DNA of 64,000 nucleotides from Mobula hypostoma (taxonomy: Eukaryota): NCBI RefSeq assembly GCF_963921235.1, contig NC_086107.1, forward strand, positions 95,730,001 to 95,794,000. Reading direction: 5' to 3'. Below the pieces are notes generated by a model. That model was given only the letters and a program-made list of their open reading frames with translations. It had not been told where the DNA came from and searched no databases. Of the stretch, positions 24,040 through 37,430 are shown piece after piece; position 1 is the stretch's first letter; each line of letters starts with the position of its first letter. The translations under genes and the position numbers were made by a program.

Positions 24040-24550
24040 ATTTTAAAAAAGGAAAAACTGGGTTCATGTATCATTCAGAAATATGAAGTTGAAGGAAAGA
24101 AGCTGATTTTTGAATCTCTGAGTCTTCAGGCTCCTGTATCTCCTCCCCAGTGATAATAACAAGGTGAAGGCATGTCCTGGATACTAAGAGTCCTCAGTGA
24201 TGGATGCTGCTTTCTCGGGGTACTGCCTTTTGAAGATGTCTTTGATGGTGGGAAGAATGGTGCCATGGAGGAGCTGGCTAAATCTATAACCTTCTCCAGC
24301 CCGCTGTGATCCTGTGCAATGGTGCCTTCATACCAGGTGGTGAAGCAACCAGTCAGAATGCTCTCCACTGTACATGTGTAGAAATGTATTAAAGTTTTTG
24401 ATGACAGTCCAAATCTCCTCAAACTCCTTAAGCATGAAGTCGAGGCACTGGCCTGCCTTCTTTGTGATTGCATCAACGTGTTTGGCTCAGGACAGATCCT
24501 CTGAGATGTGGAGACCCAGGAACTTGAAGCTAATCACCCTTTCCACTGCT
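24040..24550 (-). mobile_element. Rex1/Babar-like LINE 3' fragment
   Basis: LRSLRRFGLSSKTLIHFYTCTVESILTGCFTTWY. Confidence 0.75.
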
Positions 24551-25893
24551 CACTCTCTCACTGAGGGTGTTCACATCTGTGATAATGAACCTGGTTCTGA
24601 TTCTGGCCACAAGAGGACTGATGAGTAGCTGTTGTTCTGTTATTCATGAAAAGAAAAACAGTATCTGCTAGTAAGTATCAATCAGTAAGATTCACATCAA
24701 TAGTAGGGAAACCACTGGAGAGGATCTATGAGCATTTAGAATGCCGCGGTCTAATTAGGGACAGTCAACTTGACTTTGCGTGGAGCAAGTCACGTCTTAC
24801 TCACTTGATAGAGTTTTCAAAGAGGTGACAAACGTGACTGATGAAGGTAGACCTATAGATGTTGCCTTCAGTACATTGGCCCTCGTGGGAGGCTCCTCTA
24901 AAAGCACTGGATCCATGTTGACTTGGCTGTTTTGATCCAGAATTGGCAGAGGTCAATGGGACTTATTCTGGCTGGAAGTCTTTGACTAGTGGTGTTCTGC
25001 AGAGATCCATACTGCCAAATGGATGTCTGCTGTTTGTGGTATAATTGACCTGTATGAAAAGGCAATGTGATGGTATTGGATTCACTGTCCACAAAGGCCT
25101 AAATTCAAAAGGGTACTTCAAGCCCTATCCTATATAGATGTATATGGGTACCCTCACTATAGGGATGTTATACCGTGTCCATCCACCCCGCATGGACTAA
25201 CTTAGACTGTGCAGTGAGGAGAGTTCTAGTTGCCAATACTCACTGCTTGAATGGTGGTGGGTCCCCCCTTCCTACCAAGGAGAAGAAGCCTCCAACTAAC
25301 AAAGAAGTTTAAATATAGTTCATTTTATTTTTAATGATTCATGTTTAAATTTAGACAAATAATTCTTACCAGACATTTAACACTCACAGAGGATATTTGA
25401 ATTATAAATGATTGCCAAATTTCAAAAGGTTTACAAACTGTAAAGGATTTCCAAACACAGGTACAATTCTTACAAACTAAAAGAACATAGCAACGAGTTC
25501 CAGACAAACGAGTCATCTGTCACAGAAAACAAAAGCAGAGGAAAGAAATCTAGTTCATCTTTCTGTCATTCTCCTTGTCATTCCTAACAATCCTCGATAC
25601 TTTCTAATATTTATTCTGTTTTAGCACTAGTTGATATTATTTGTATGTGATGGTTCTCAGGTACCTTTGCTGGGATAAAGCAATTCACACAGATGGCCTA
25701 AAAGCCTCTGTGGACACACCCAAATACCCAAAGTTAATGCTGTGAGGGCTGACTCCCAGATCACACAAATATTGTAACTATTGATAGATCAGTTCTGAGA
25801 CCATCTTTGATGTGTTAAGTGGCGAAACTCCATTGTCTTCTGTTGGCTAATGAAGTCAAGGAGTGTCATGGGCAGTTCACTTTGTAAACCACG

Positions 25894-27279
25894 TCTCTTA
25901 GCGGTCAGCACCGTGCACCCCCTCCCCCAGCGCTCTGCCGACCCACTGTGGGCCAGCTGCACAGGCAATCACATCCCAGTCTTCAGCCAGCTAAACAGGA
26001 GTTATCTGCCACTCATTTCCATCTCTTCACCCACACCCTGTTTAAGCCCAGCTCTCACCCACAGTCTTGCTTACCCATCGAACCAGCCAGCTTCAGGCAG
26101 TTGCTCCTAGCCTTTAGTTACCCTGTTGCCTTGTCATTTTAAGTATCTGTCCTCTCTTGTTTCATGGCCCCTCATGACTTGTTATTTTGCAGTTCATTAG
26201 TAGACTGCTAACCCATCCCCACTGCTCTGCTTTTGGGTCAAACCTCCTCTATATTTCCTGACGGGATGGGTGAACTAATAATTGATCTAGCAGAGTACGC
26301 TCATCCAAAGGAAGTTATCCATCCACAGGAGCACACAATCCCGGAGCAGCAGAAAACCGCTGAACTACCCTGCAATCTACACACCTCCTCTATCACCCTT
26401 TGAAGTGCTTCCTAGCTACAAACTCCTGTTTTTCCCCGTGGAAGAGCCAATTGTGGAGGTCCCACTAGCCAGGGCCCTGTTTCGCCAATGCCGTAATGCT
26501 TAGAAGGGGGCACAGAGCTGCCAGCCATGCCTACTGCTGCCAGGCTAGCCCCCGTTGTCACCCAGCCAGACTACTCCAGCCTGGGGACCATGTCTGGCTG
26601 TCCACCTGAGATCTGCCCATACGCACTGACTTCCACAAGCTCTTTCCCCAGTTCATACCCATCAAATCACCCCACTCACTAACCGTGTCCAGCTACCATT
26701 GTCTCTTAGGATCACACCTACCTTCCAAGTGTCCTGCCTCAAGCCAGTTGTCCATGGACAACTCAACCCACCTGAGCCGCCACACCTGGAACCAAGGATG
26801 GTGGAAGGTGGTTCGGTGTATGGTGATCGCTGGCTGGTGGATTCATGTTGTCGTGGATGGGGTGTGCAGTATCTGGTTGACTAGGAAGGTATGGCCTGGA
26901 GGAGAGGTCTTGGGCACCATCCAGTTTCATTTTGGATCCATCGCTCATCAAAAATTCCACCTGATCCATCCAGATCATCCTGGGCCATTGGGTGCCGGAT
27001 GTAGGAGAGGCCTCCTATCAGGCCTACGCAGGCAGGAACCTCCTAGTCCCCACCCAGCTCTCATCCACAGTCTTTCGTCCCCCCATTGAGCCAGCCAGTC
27101 TCAATCAGTTAATCCTAGCCTTTAGTTACTTTTTTGCCTTGTTGTGTTAAGTATCTGTCTTCTCTTGTTTTGTGGCCCCTCATGTCTTGTTATTTGCAAT
27201 TTATTAGTAAGGTATCATTTTCTGTTAAACAGTCTCCGCTGCTCTGCTTTTGGGTCAAGTTCCTCTACATTTCCTGACA
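25894..27279 (+). mobile_element. Degenerate, internally deleted chromodomain-type Gypsy LTR element
   Basis: Two related direct repeats ending ...ttttgggtcaa...atttcctgac(g/a) (~26261 and 27279). Internal chromodomain remnant RGWGVQYLVD*EG. Confidence 0.65.
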
Positions 27280-28189
27280 CCAGCAGCCCGTGCTTTGTAA
27301 ACAATTTTATTTGCAAAGCTGTGCTTTTAACTTCAAACTGATTGCTGCTTGCAAGTTACATTAAGAACTAAATATTGGTTCTCGTTCACAAACAGAAGCT
27401 GAGCAAGGAATATTAATTGGGAGTCTAACTTTGTTACAAACAACTTTGACTCTTTGGAAAGGTCAAACTGCTGTGTCAGAAAGAGGTCAGCAATAAGTCT
27501 CTTGGGCCCTAGAAACTGAATATGCATCACAGTTGATGGGTGGAGGTTCATGGGTGAAACAAAGATAATTGGTGATTTGGATAGGGTAGAGGCCCGCTAA
27601 AGGATATAGTGGGATGTTGATCATTTGCAGATATGAGCAGATAGTGTTTCATAAACCAAATCTGAGGTATTAATGGCAAGACCCTTAAAGTGAGTCCATA
27701 GGTTGTGGAAACACTTCACTTGCCCCATCATTGAACTGTTTCCACACCCTATGTACTTATTTACAAGGACTCTTCATCTCACGTTCTCGATATTTACTGC
27801 TTATTTATTATTATTATTCTTTCTTTCTGTATTTGCACAGTTTGTTGTCTTTCGTACCCTGGTTGAGCGCCCAAGTTGGTGAGGTCTTTCGCTGATTCTG
27901 TTAAGGTTATTATTCTATAGATTTATTGAGTATGCCGACAAGAAAATGAATCTCAGGGTTGTATATGGTAACGTATATGTACATTAATAATAAATTTACT
28001 TTATACTTTGCATAGTGGGATCTTGGAGTCCAAGTCCATATCTCCCTGAAAGTGATTGCACAGGTTGATAGGGTGGTAAAAAAAAGTGATGGCATGTTTC
28101 CCATGATTAATCGAGCCACTGAGTTGAAGAGTCTAGAAGTTATGAAGCAGGAACAGCACAGTTAGTGAGTTGTTGGCTGTGCAGTGTGC

Positions 28190-29420
28190 TGCATTATGAT
28201 ATGCAAGGAGGAGATTGGCAAGCTCCTGATTCAGCGTCAGTGCAGTGTGTTCTGCCAACATTTCTCACAGTGCGTTCTTTAGACTCTGGACAAACTTTCT
28301 GCCAAACCATGGTACGGTGCAGATGTAATGTGTCTAATTCCATTCATTTTCAGGAATGGCTGGAACTGCTCCTCAACAAACTGTGGTCCATTTTGCGCAC
28401 CAGATCTTGTAAAGAGGCCTCTCAACACATCTACAGTGTGTGAGGCTGTTGGGCACACTTCTGGCCACTTTGTAGCTGCATCCATTACTGCCAAGAAATT
28501 TGTGCCCATGAATGGTCCAACAAAATCCACATGTGTTATCTGCCAGGGCAATGCAGGCCATTCCCAGGGATGGACAGGGCAGCTCTTGGCATCTTTTGTG
28601 AAGTGTTGGCATCTCAACCAGTGCATGACAAACAGTTCGATCTGCTGATCTATCCCAGGCCACCAGACAAAGCTTTGAACCAACAAAAATGGCTGTCTAG
28701 TAGCTCCTCCAGCACTTTAGGTCCCGGTTTGGATGGTAATGACAACTCTCAATTCTCCGCATAAGGCAAACCCCAACAAGGCCAAGTTCATCCTGGCACT
28801 GATTTGCATCAGGGAGAATGTATCAAGAGGAATGTCCTCTTTTGTAAATTTTTCAGGTATTTCCTTTTCTAAGGATAGACAGGACAATCCATAGGCATTT
28901 CCATGATTAGTTGTCCTCTTGAATCCAATCTTGTAATTGCATCCTCCAAGAAACAGAGCCCATCTCTGCATTTGTGTTGTTGCTGTTGGTGGAATTCTGT
29001 GGATTGAAACTGGACACTTGTGGTTGGTCAGTAATGAGCATAAACTCTCTCCATACAAGTACTGGTTGAAACGTTTTACACCCCAAACCAAACTCAAGGC
29101 TTCTCCATCGATCTGTTCATAACTTTTCTCTGCAGCGGTAAAGGAACGTGATGCAAAAGGCTCTGGGGCATTCACTTCCATCACTCATAACACGTGACAT
29201 GGTGGCGCCTATACATTTGGTATAGATATAGGCACTTTCACAGGCAAGTTTCACTGGATGATGTGGATAATAATGTGTCAGTACTGTGTCTGATATCGCC
29301 ATTTCCTTTATCTTTTGGAAAGCCACCTCACACTGCTTTGTCCATTGCCATTTCTTCCCAATCTGTAGTAATGAGTTGAAGGGGTAGAACACAGTCGCTA
29401 ATTTGGCAGGAACCTGTTCT
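28190..29420 (-). mobile_element. Gypsy pol fragment (RNase H + integrase), decayed
   Basis: FASRS...EKSYEQIDGEALSLVWGVKRF; VWWPGID, HVDFVGPF, NGIRHITSAPYH. Confidence 0.85.
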
Positions 29421-30344
29421 ATATTCCATGTTCTGTGTGGTGTTATAGAAAGGATGTCAATAAGCAAGAAAGAGTGGAAAGAAGACTTGTGAACTTGAGG
29501 GCCTGACTTAAAGGGAAAGATTGGGCAGACAAGGATTTTAAGCCTTGGAGCATACGAGACAGAAATGTTACCTTACAGAGGTCTATAAAACCATGAGGGA
29601 CAGAGATGAGTGAACACACACAGACTTTTCCCAGGGAAAAGGGAAACAAAGACTGGAAAACATGTGTTTAACTTGAGAAGAAAAAGATTTAAAAGGGACT
29701 CGGGGTGGGGGGGGGGAGTCAACTTCTTTAAGCAGTGGCTGGTGAGTATATGGAATGAGCTGTCAGGAAGTGGTTGAGGCAGATACAATAATAACATTCA
29801 AAAGGCACCTGGACAGGTACGTGGATAGGAAATGTTTAGAGGAATATGGTCATCTTGGATGAGTTGGGCCAAAGGGCCTGTTTCTGTGCTGTATAAGTCT
29901 ACATCTCCATCCTTTCTCCCTCTGTCTGCCCTTTCCTCTGCTGCTGTAACCATCATTTGTGCCTTTGTTACCTGGAGCTGACTGTTTTAGCCACCCTCCT
30001 TCTTCCCTCCATCTCAAGAGGTCCTGCCACCCAGCCCTCTAATTCCCATCACCATTTACACATCTTATCCCTCTCCTCACCAATCCTCATCATTCCTGGT
30101 TCAGCAGAGCCTCAGTTTTAAAATTACTATCCTTGATTTTCCGAATCCTCTCTGATCTCTTTGCTCCGTCAGGCCACAAATTCTCCATGATTTCTCGCCT
30201 CTCTTGATTCTGGGCTCTGAACATCTCCAAATGTCAGTCCCCAGGACCCGTGAACTGGGATTCCCACCCCAATCCTCTCAGATGCTCCTGAAATGCCAAA
30301 GTTCCAAACAGTGCCTTATCAGAAATGGAAGGATGTTAACACAC

Positions 30345-30494
30345 ATCTGAAAGGTTGTTGTAGAAATTAGCATTCCCAACACACAGGTACCGTCCCAGCA
30401 ACATGGCGTGTGTTGTAAAGATTGTGGCCACAGGAATATTGTGGAATCTGCACATGATGATAAATGGACAATTTTCCTTACACTGGGAAACAAA
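30345..30494 (-). pseudogene. GYS: Glycogen synthase pseudogene, exon-4 equivalent with an in-frame deletion
   Basis: ttttgcttttcag|[50 protein letters not shown]|gt matches recalled [29 protein letters not shown]. The conserved AHFHEWLAGVGL block is missing. Confidence 0.9.
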
Positions 30495-30660
30495 CTGAAA
30501 AGCAAAAGCATCGGGTTAGACGTGGATAGAAAACAGTGCTACAGAATTAGAACACACTGTAGAATACAGTACAGCACAGAGATTAAGCTAGTAATTAAAT
30601 ACCTAAGTAAACTGGTCTACTTGGACAATGCCTCAGCAATCTCATTTCTTGCCTTCCACA

Positions 30661-31082
30661 ATAACCATATAACCATATAACAATTACAGCACGGAAACAA
30701 GCCATCTCGGCCCTTCTAGCCCATGCCGAACTCTTACTCTTACCTAGCCCCACCAACCTGCACTCAGTCCATAACCCTCCACTCCTTTCCTGTCCATATA
30801 TCTATCCAATTTAACTTTAAGTGACAACATCGAACCTGCCTCAACCACTTCTGCTGGAAGCTCGTTCCACACAGCTACCACTCTCTGAGTAAAGAAGTTC
30901 CCCCTCATGTTACCCCTAAACTTTTGCCCTTTAACTCTCAACTCATGTCCTCTTGTTTGAATCTCCCCCACTCTCAATGGAAAAAGCCTATCCACGTCAA
31001 CTCTATCTATCCCCCTCATAATTTTAAATACCTCTATCAAGTCCCCCCTCAACCTTCTATGCTCCAAAGAATAAAGACCTAG
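30661..31082 (-). mobile_element. CR1 3' fragment
   Basis: EHRRLRGDLIEVFKIM...FFTQRVV; short tandem tail. Confidence 0.85.
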
Positions 31083-31489
31083 AATAACCTGGAGACTTAT
31101 CCACTTTAATATTCTTTACGAGACCTAACACTACCTCCTCATCTCAAAATGCCCTACCATATTAACACACTTCACACTTTTCTTACTCTTCTCCTTGTCC
31201 TCCTTCTTGGTGAAGAATGACTCAAGGTACTGATTTAGGACCTTGCCCATATCCTTCTCCTCCAAACACATGTTCCCTCCTTTATCCTTGAGTGGTGACC
31301 AAAACCAAACACAGTATCCTCACTAACATCTTGTACAACTGTGACATAACCTCCCCACTCCTATATTCAACGCCTTGACTGATGAAGGCCAGCATGCCAA
31401 ATGAGATTCTTCACCACGTTATATACCTGTGTCGCTACTCTTGGTAATTGTGTATTTATGCTAGTCTGTCCCCCTGTTCTACCATACCT

Positions 31490-32192
31490 TTGTACACCAG
31501 TCATTGAAAGTGGGCATGCAGGTACAGAAGGCGGTGAAAAAGGTGAATGGTATGCTGGCATTCATAGCAAGAGGATTCGCGTACAGGAGCAGGGAGGTAC
31601 TACTGCAGTTGTACAAGGCCTTGGTGAGACCACACCTGGAGTATTGTGTGCAGTTTTGGTCCCCTAATCTGAGGGAAGACATTCTTGCCATAGAGGGAGT
31701 ACAAAGAAGGTTCACCAGATTGATTCCTGGGATGGCAGGACTTTCACATGATGAAAGACTGGATGAACTAGGCTTGTACTTGCTGGAACTTAGAAGATTG
31801 AGGGGGGATCTTATTGAAACGTATAAAATTCAAAAGTGATTGGACAGGCTAGATGCAGGAAGATTGTTCCCGATGTTGGGGAAGTCCAGAACGAGGGGTC
31901 ATAGTTTGAGGATAAAGGGGAAGCCTTTTAGGACCGAGATGAGGAAAAACTTCTTCACACAGAGAGTGGTGAATCTGTGGAATTCTCTGCAACAGGAAAC
32001 AGTTGAGGCCAGTTCATTGGCTATATTTAAGAGGGAGTTAGATATGGCGCTTGTTGCTAAAGGGATCGGGGGTATGGAGAGAAGGCGGGTACAGGGTTCT
32101 GAGCTGGATGATCAGCCATGATCGTACTGAATGGCGATGCAGGTTTGAAGGGCCGAGTGGCCTACTCCTGCACCTATTTTCTATGTTTCTAT
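31490..32192 (+). mobile_element. CR1 3' fragment
   Basis: LVRPHLEYCVQFWSP, RRLRGDLI; TTCTATGTTTCTA tail. Confidence 0.88.
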
Positions 32193-32344
32193 ATACCTCT
32201 GACTGGGAAAGTGCTGCTGGTGTAGTGATAAGGTGATAATCTCAGCGAAACCTCAGCTGGTGCCCGGAAGAGACGGAGTGGGTGGCCCAGGTACAGAGTC
32301 AACGTGAAATGACAGTCATCTTCTTGTCACTCCACTCTGATTAC

Positions 32345-32572
32345 CGAGCTTTTGACATCCAGCCTTCAACTCTAAATGCAGGTTGTTCATTCTTCAGTGA
32401 AAGGTGTGATCCATAAAGTAATCCCTGGGGATTTCAGCCCGACATCAGCTTCAGTAGTGTTCATTTATCACAGATATCTGCTGTCTCTGTTAGACCATTT
32501 CTCCGTCACTTTCAATATTCTACTCTTTATGGCCAATCAACTCTAGCAATTTCTAATAGAGAATATTGTCAC
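32345..32572 (-). pseudogene. Decayed exon of an unidentified gene (possibly the dynein-like pseudogene)
   Basis: ag|...|gtaatc bounds. The frame GDNILY*KLLELIGHKE*NIESDGEMV*QRQQ...PRDYFMDHTFH*RMNNLHLELK has stops consistent with C-to-T decay. Confidence 0.4.
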
Positions 32573-33941
32573 CTGTTTTCACAAGGCCTAATCTATATAT
32601 TTTATTTAAATCCCCTCTCATGTTAATCCCTTTACCAGTCTAAGCCATGGAGAACAGAGCAGTCCGCTTTCCTTCACCTACTGAGTTACTTTAGTTCTGA
32701 TTACAGTTCACTAATTGTTGTATTGGGTGGTGGAGTGGAGATTCGTCTCTACTAAAGCAGGTGTAAGGTGCTCCTTCGCTCCACGAACCAGTAGGTCACT
32801 CTGGGCCAGGTGTAGCACCTGCTTAGCCCCCTGATCAGGGTCATGTGAAGCCATGGGAGCAGGTGGTGGATGGTCATATGAGCATTTGGTGCATATCACA
32901 AGTCCTGGTTATGTAACCACTGCTGCCAGGCAGACAATCTCTAACGAATATTGACAATGGCTGGGGTCACCTGTCTTGTCAAGAGACTACCCTGAAGAAG
33001 GCAATGGCAAAACACTTCTGTAGAAAAATTTGCCAAGGACAATCACGGTCATGGAAAGACCATGATCACCCATGTCAATATGACACGCCACATAATGAAC
33101 AAACAAAAATCCTGTACCTGTCAGTGTTATCCTGGTTTTGTCCCTTCTGTCTGAGCAGGTTTGCAACAACTGACTTGTATCCGTTTCCGGACACAGTTTC
33201 AAATTGAAAGAGCTGCAGGTGCTGGAGATCTGAAGCAAAAATAGTAACAGGTAGCTGGTCAGTCAGTATCTGTGGAGGGAGAAACAGGAAAAACAAATCT
33301 TCGACCTCTGCCTGTCTTGTTCGGGTTTTCAGCAGTTCCTCTTTCTATTCTACGAATGTCACATTGTAAAAACTGTCTGCAATGGCTTTGGATGTTTATC
33401 AATTAAAAGTCAACTAAGAGCAGCACTGCACTAAAGTCTTAGGCACACGTGCGGCGAGGGTGCGGAAGACTTTTGCATAGTACTGTAGTACTTTTATATA
33501 TTACACTGTACTGCTGGCACGAAAAAAACAACAAAATTTCATGACATATGTGAGTGATGATAAACCTGATTCTGATATGGGTCTCTATAGTGGACTGAGA
33601 GCGGGAAGGGGGCAGGGAGAGGGGAATCATGGTTGGGATAAGGGGAAGAGAGAGGGGAGGGAGTGTGAAACGCCAGAAACACATTCTGTAATGATCAATA
33701 AACTGATTGTTTGGAATCAAATGACTGTGCCTGTTGTCTCAAGGTTGGGTGTGTCTGCACCACCTGTCCATTCCTGGCACTCCTCCTCTGCCACCTGTCC
33801 CACACCCATCCTCGCCAGTCCCAACATCCCAACATCCCACCAGATTTACAAACTCACTCTCCATTCCATGTTCACAAATACAGTACTGCATAAAAGTCTT
33901 AGGCATACGCTATATAAATGTGTGTGTGTGTGTGTGTGTAC

Positions 33942-34099
33942 CTTGGCTTCACTAGAAGAGAGATCAAGTCAACCAGCAGGACTGTAGCTGAGGCAGCAGA
34001 GAAAGGATCAGCATGGGTGTGGACCAAGTATGTCCAGAGGGGCAGATAGTCAGACAGTGTATACATATCTTGCAAACCCTTCAGTAGTTGATTAGACAC
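33942..34099 (-). pseudogene. Putative exon of an unidentified gene (possibly the dynein-like pseudogene)
   Basis: ctgctcttcag|VSNQLLKGLQDMYTLSDYLPLWTYLVHTHADPFSAASATVLLVDLISLLVKP|gtacac. Confidence 0.4.
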
Positions 34100-34329
34100 C
34101 TGAAGAGCAGACTATCTGTTGGATGGCAGTGACCAACAACTCTGATAGAGGCAGATGCCAAGTTTTTAAGCTCACCAGTGGGAGGTGGTGCTTTAGCACT
34201 GCTGGCTCACCACCTCGAGGGAGTCTTGATCATAAGCGGGCCGAAACTCCTGAAGACAGGTGGCAGATCAACTAATGATCCCACTGGTGATAGCACAGGA
34301 CAGTTAACATCTTAGTCCACGTGTATTTT

Positions 34330-35800
34330 TAACTCTAACTCTATGTATGCCAAATCTTGGTGTCATCTGCAAATCTGTGGACCCAGTCTACATTATCATC
34401 TAAATCAGTAACAACAAAGGACCCAGCACCAATCGCTGTGGCACGTCACTAGTCACAGGCCCCCAGTCAGAGAGGCAATTATCTACTACCAATCCCTGGC
34501 TTCTTCTGCAAAGCCAACATCAAATCCCATTGACTACTTCAACCTGAGTGCCATGTGACTTAACCTTCTGGACCAGCCTCCCATAGGGACTTTGTTAAAG
34601 ATCTTGCTAATGACCTTGTAGACAATGTCCATCACCTTTCTTTCATCAGCCTCCTCAAAAAACTTTGTAAGATTGGTTAGTTATGACCTACTGCACACAA
34701 AACCATATTGACTATTGTAATTAGGTTCTACTTATCCAAATACTTACATATCCTGCCCTTAGAAAACCTTCCGATAATTTACTCTCGACTGACGTCAAAC
34801 TCATTGGCCTTTAATTTCCGGACTTATTCTTGGAGCCTTTCTTGAACAACCAAACAACATTTCATAAGGACATTTTAAATATCTCAGCCTTGGCCCTTGC
34901 TGCATTAGACTCCCACAAGGTCCAAGGGGACACCTTATCTGACTCCGGGGATTTATCCACCCTAATCTATCTCGGGACAGCCCGCAACTCCCCTTTCGTA
35001 ATTTGGATATGGTTTATGACCTCACTAATTTTTTCCCTCAGTTCTATGGACTCTGTGTGTCTCTCAACTAAACAGAGATACAAAAATTTAATTTAAGATC
35101 TCCCCCATCTCTTTCTGCTCCAACCATAGCTGATCACGCTGATCTTTAAGAGGACCAGTGTTATCCCTTGCTACCCTTTTTCGAAGATCTAAAGAAGCCC
35201 TTGGGATTCTTTCTTACCTTCTCTGCCAGAGCAGCCTCATCTTCTCTTCCAGGCCTTGTGATTTCTCTCTTAAGTGTTCTTTCGCATTTAATATACTCTT
35301 CAAACGTCTCAACTGATTCGAACTACCTACACCTGATATGTGCCTCCTTCTTTTTCTTTACTAGGGCCTTAATATCTCTTGATTGCCAAGGTCCCCTAAA
35401 CCTGTTAGCCTTACCAGGAACATACAGATTCTGTACTCTCTCGATTCCCTCTGATGCCATCAAAATTGGCCTTTCTCCAACTTAGAATCTCAATCTGAGG
35501 ACCAGTCCTATCCTCCTCCATAATTATCTGAAAGTAATAGAATTCCAATAGCTCCAAAGTGACCTGTACACATTTCTGTCACCTGTGCTGTCTCATTCCC
35601 TAATACAGACCCAGTATAGTAGTTGGGACTGCTACATATTGATGAACATATTTGATGAACTCTAACCCACCCATCCCTTTTACCGTCAATATACAGAAAG
35701 TTACCTGCTATCAAAACCTTACATTTCCGGCAACTGTCTGCTATCTCTCAATAAATTTATTCCTCTAAATCCCGCTGAGTATTTGGAGGTCTATAATTAA
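34330..35800 (-). mobile_element. Old decayed CR1 LINE
   Basis: Degenerate RT and endonuclease-region similarity to the other CR1 copies. Confidence 0.65.
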
Positions 35801-35801
35801 T

Positions 35802-36106
35802 AGGCATCCATTTGTCTCGTGAGACCATGGATTTGTGCCTTGGAAGGTTTCCAGGGTGTAGGCCTGGGAAAGGTTGTATGGAAGACCAGCAGTTGCCCAT
35901 GCTGCAAGTCTCCCCTCTCCATGCCACTGATGTTGTCCAAGGGAAGGGCATTAGGACCAATACAGCTTGGCACCAGTGTCGTCACAGAGCAATATGTAGT
36001 TAAGTGCCTTGCTCAAGGACACAACACACTGCCTCAGCCAAGGCTCGAACTAGCGACCTTCAACTCACTAGACAAACGCCTTAACCACTTGGCCACGCGC
36101 CAACAC
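35802..36106 (-). mobile_element. tRNA-derived SINE (family A)
   Basis: Same family as 11912-12217. Confidence 0.85.
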
Positions 36107-36587
36107 AAGGTCCATAATATAGTCCTATTAATGTGGTCATCTCTTTTTTTTTTCTTATTTCCACTTGTGGTAACTCATTAGATGAGACGTCCAGAATGTG
36201 TTGGCCGAGCAGTTACATGACACTTTCCCTGATGAGTAATGCCACCCCTCCCCCTTTGATCCCTCCCACTCTGTCATGCCTAAAACAACAGAATATTGAA
36301 CTGCCAAACCTGCCCCTCCTGCAACCAAGTCTCATTAATAAGACCATAAGATACTGGAGCAGAATTAGGCTATTCGGCCCATTGAGTCTCCTCCGCCATT
36401 TGATCATGGCTATTCCATTCCCCCTTTCAATCCCATTCTGCTGCCTCCTCCCCATAACCTTTCACACCCTGACTTATCAAGAACCTATCAACCTCCACTT
36501 TAAACACACCCCATGACCGGGCCTCCACAGCTGCCTGTAGCAACAAATTCCCCAGATTCACCACCCTCTGCCAAAAGAATTTCCTCA

Positions 36588-37430
36588 AAGTCAAATCAAA
36601 GTACATTTATTATCAAGGAATGTATAAATTATACACCTAGAGATTTGTTTGCTTACAGGCAGCCACGAAGAATCTAATTTAAAATAAAGAAGGACCATAA
36701 CCACTACACAGATAAAGTGGAAAAAAACACACATTATGCAAACACGAGATGCAAACGACAGCATTCTGAATCAGATTGAGTCCTTAGGTCTGCTTCCCAG
36801 AGCAGACGGAGCAGTAGGCCCAAGCCTCCATCTCAGGTTCATCATTTTAGCCGGAAAAAACGCCACAAAACTTGCAGAGATGACAACTACCAGAGAGAGG
36901 AATGAACATCGCGTGAGAGTGAGCGAAATCACACCAACCGTCGCTTCTGCACTCGGGCTTTCCAGTCTATCTGGACCGATGTTGAAATTGTCCTGGTGCC
37001 AAGTAGTACCTCTCTCTAGGACCCGGGCCCTGGCACAGTGACACACCCAGATCACACAGCCCGAAGCCGTTCTCCATCTCACCAAATCGACTCGGTGCTT
37101 GGAGCGATCCAACTTCGCACCCGGGTTAGGCGGACGGGCATTGAAACTCTTCCGCACTGGCTCCTCCTCTCCAAATCGTTCACTCTAACAGCGACAGCGA
37201 AACCAACTGCGGCTGTGACGCCATCTTGAACTCTTTGCGTTCCGGCTCTGCGATACCCCAATACAGCTTATCCTTCAAATCAGTTTCATCTCCACTTGTT
37301 TATTCATTCTTTGCGGTGATAGTTGACCACAAGTTACTCCAGAAAAGGCTTTATTAGTAACGTTTTTAGTCGTTATTTGCCTTCTGATCTAGCAGTAAGC
37401 TGTTGCACACTTCAGTACCGCCATCTTAAA
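36588..37430 (-). mobile_element. Non-autonomous LINE-derived/SINE-like element
   Basis: Two GCCATCTT (AAGATGGC) motifs near the 5' end (~37220, ~37420), CpG-rich body, LINE-like tail with AATAAA and (ttga)n. Confidence 0.5.
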
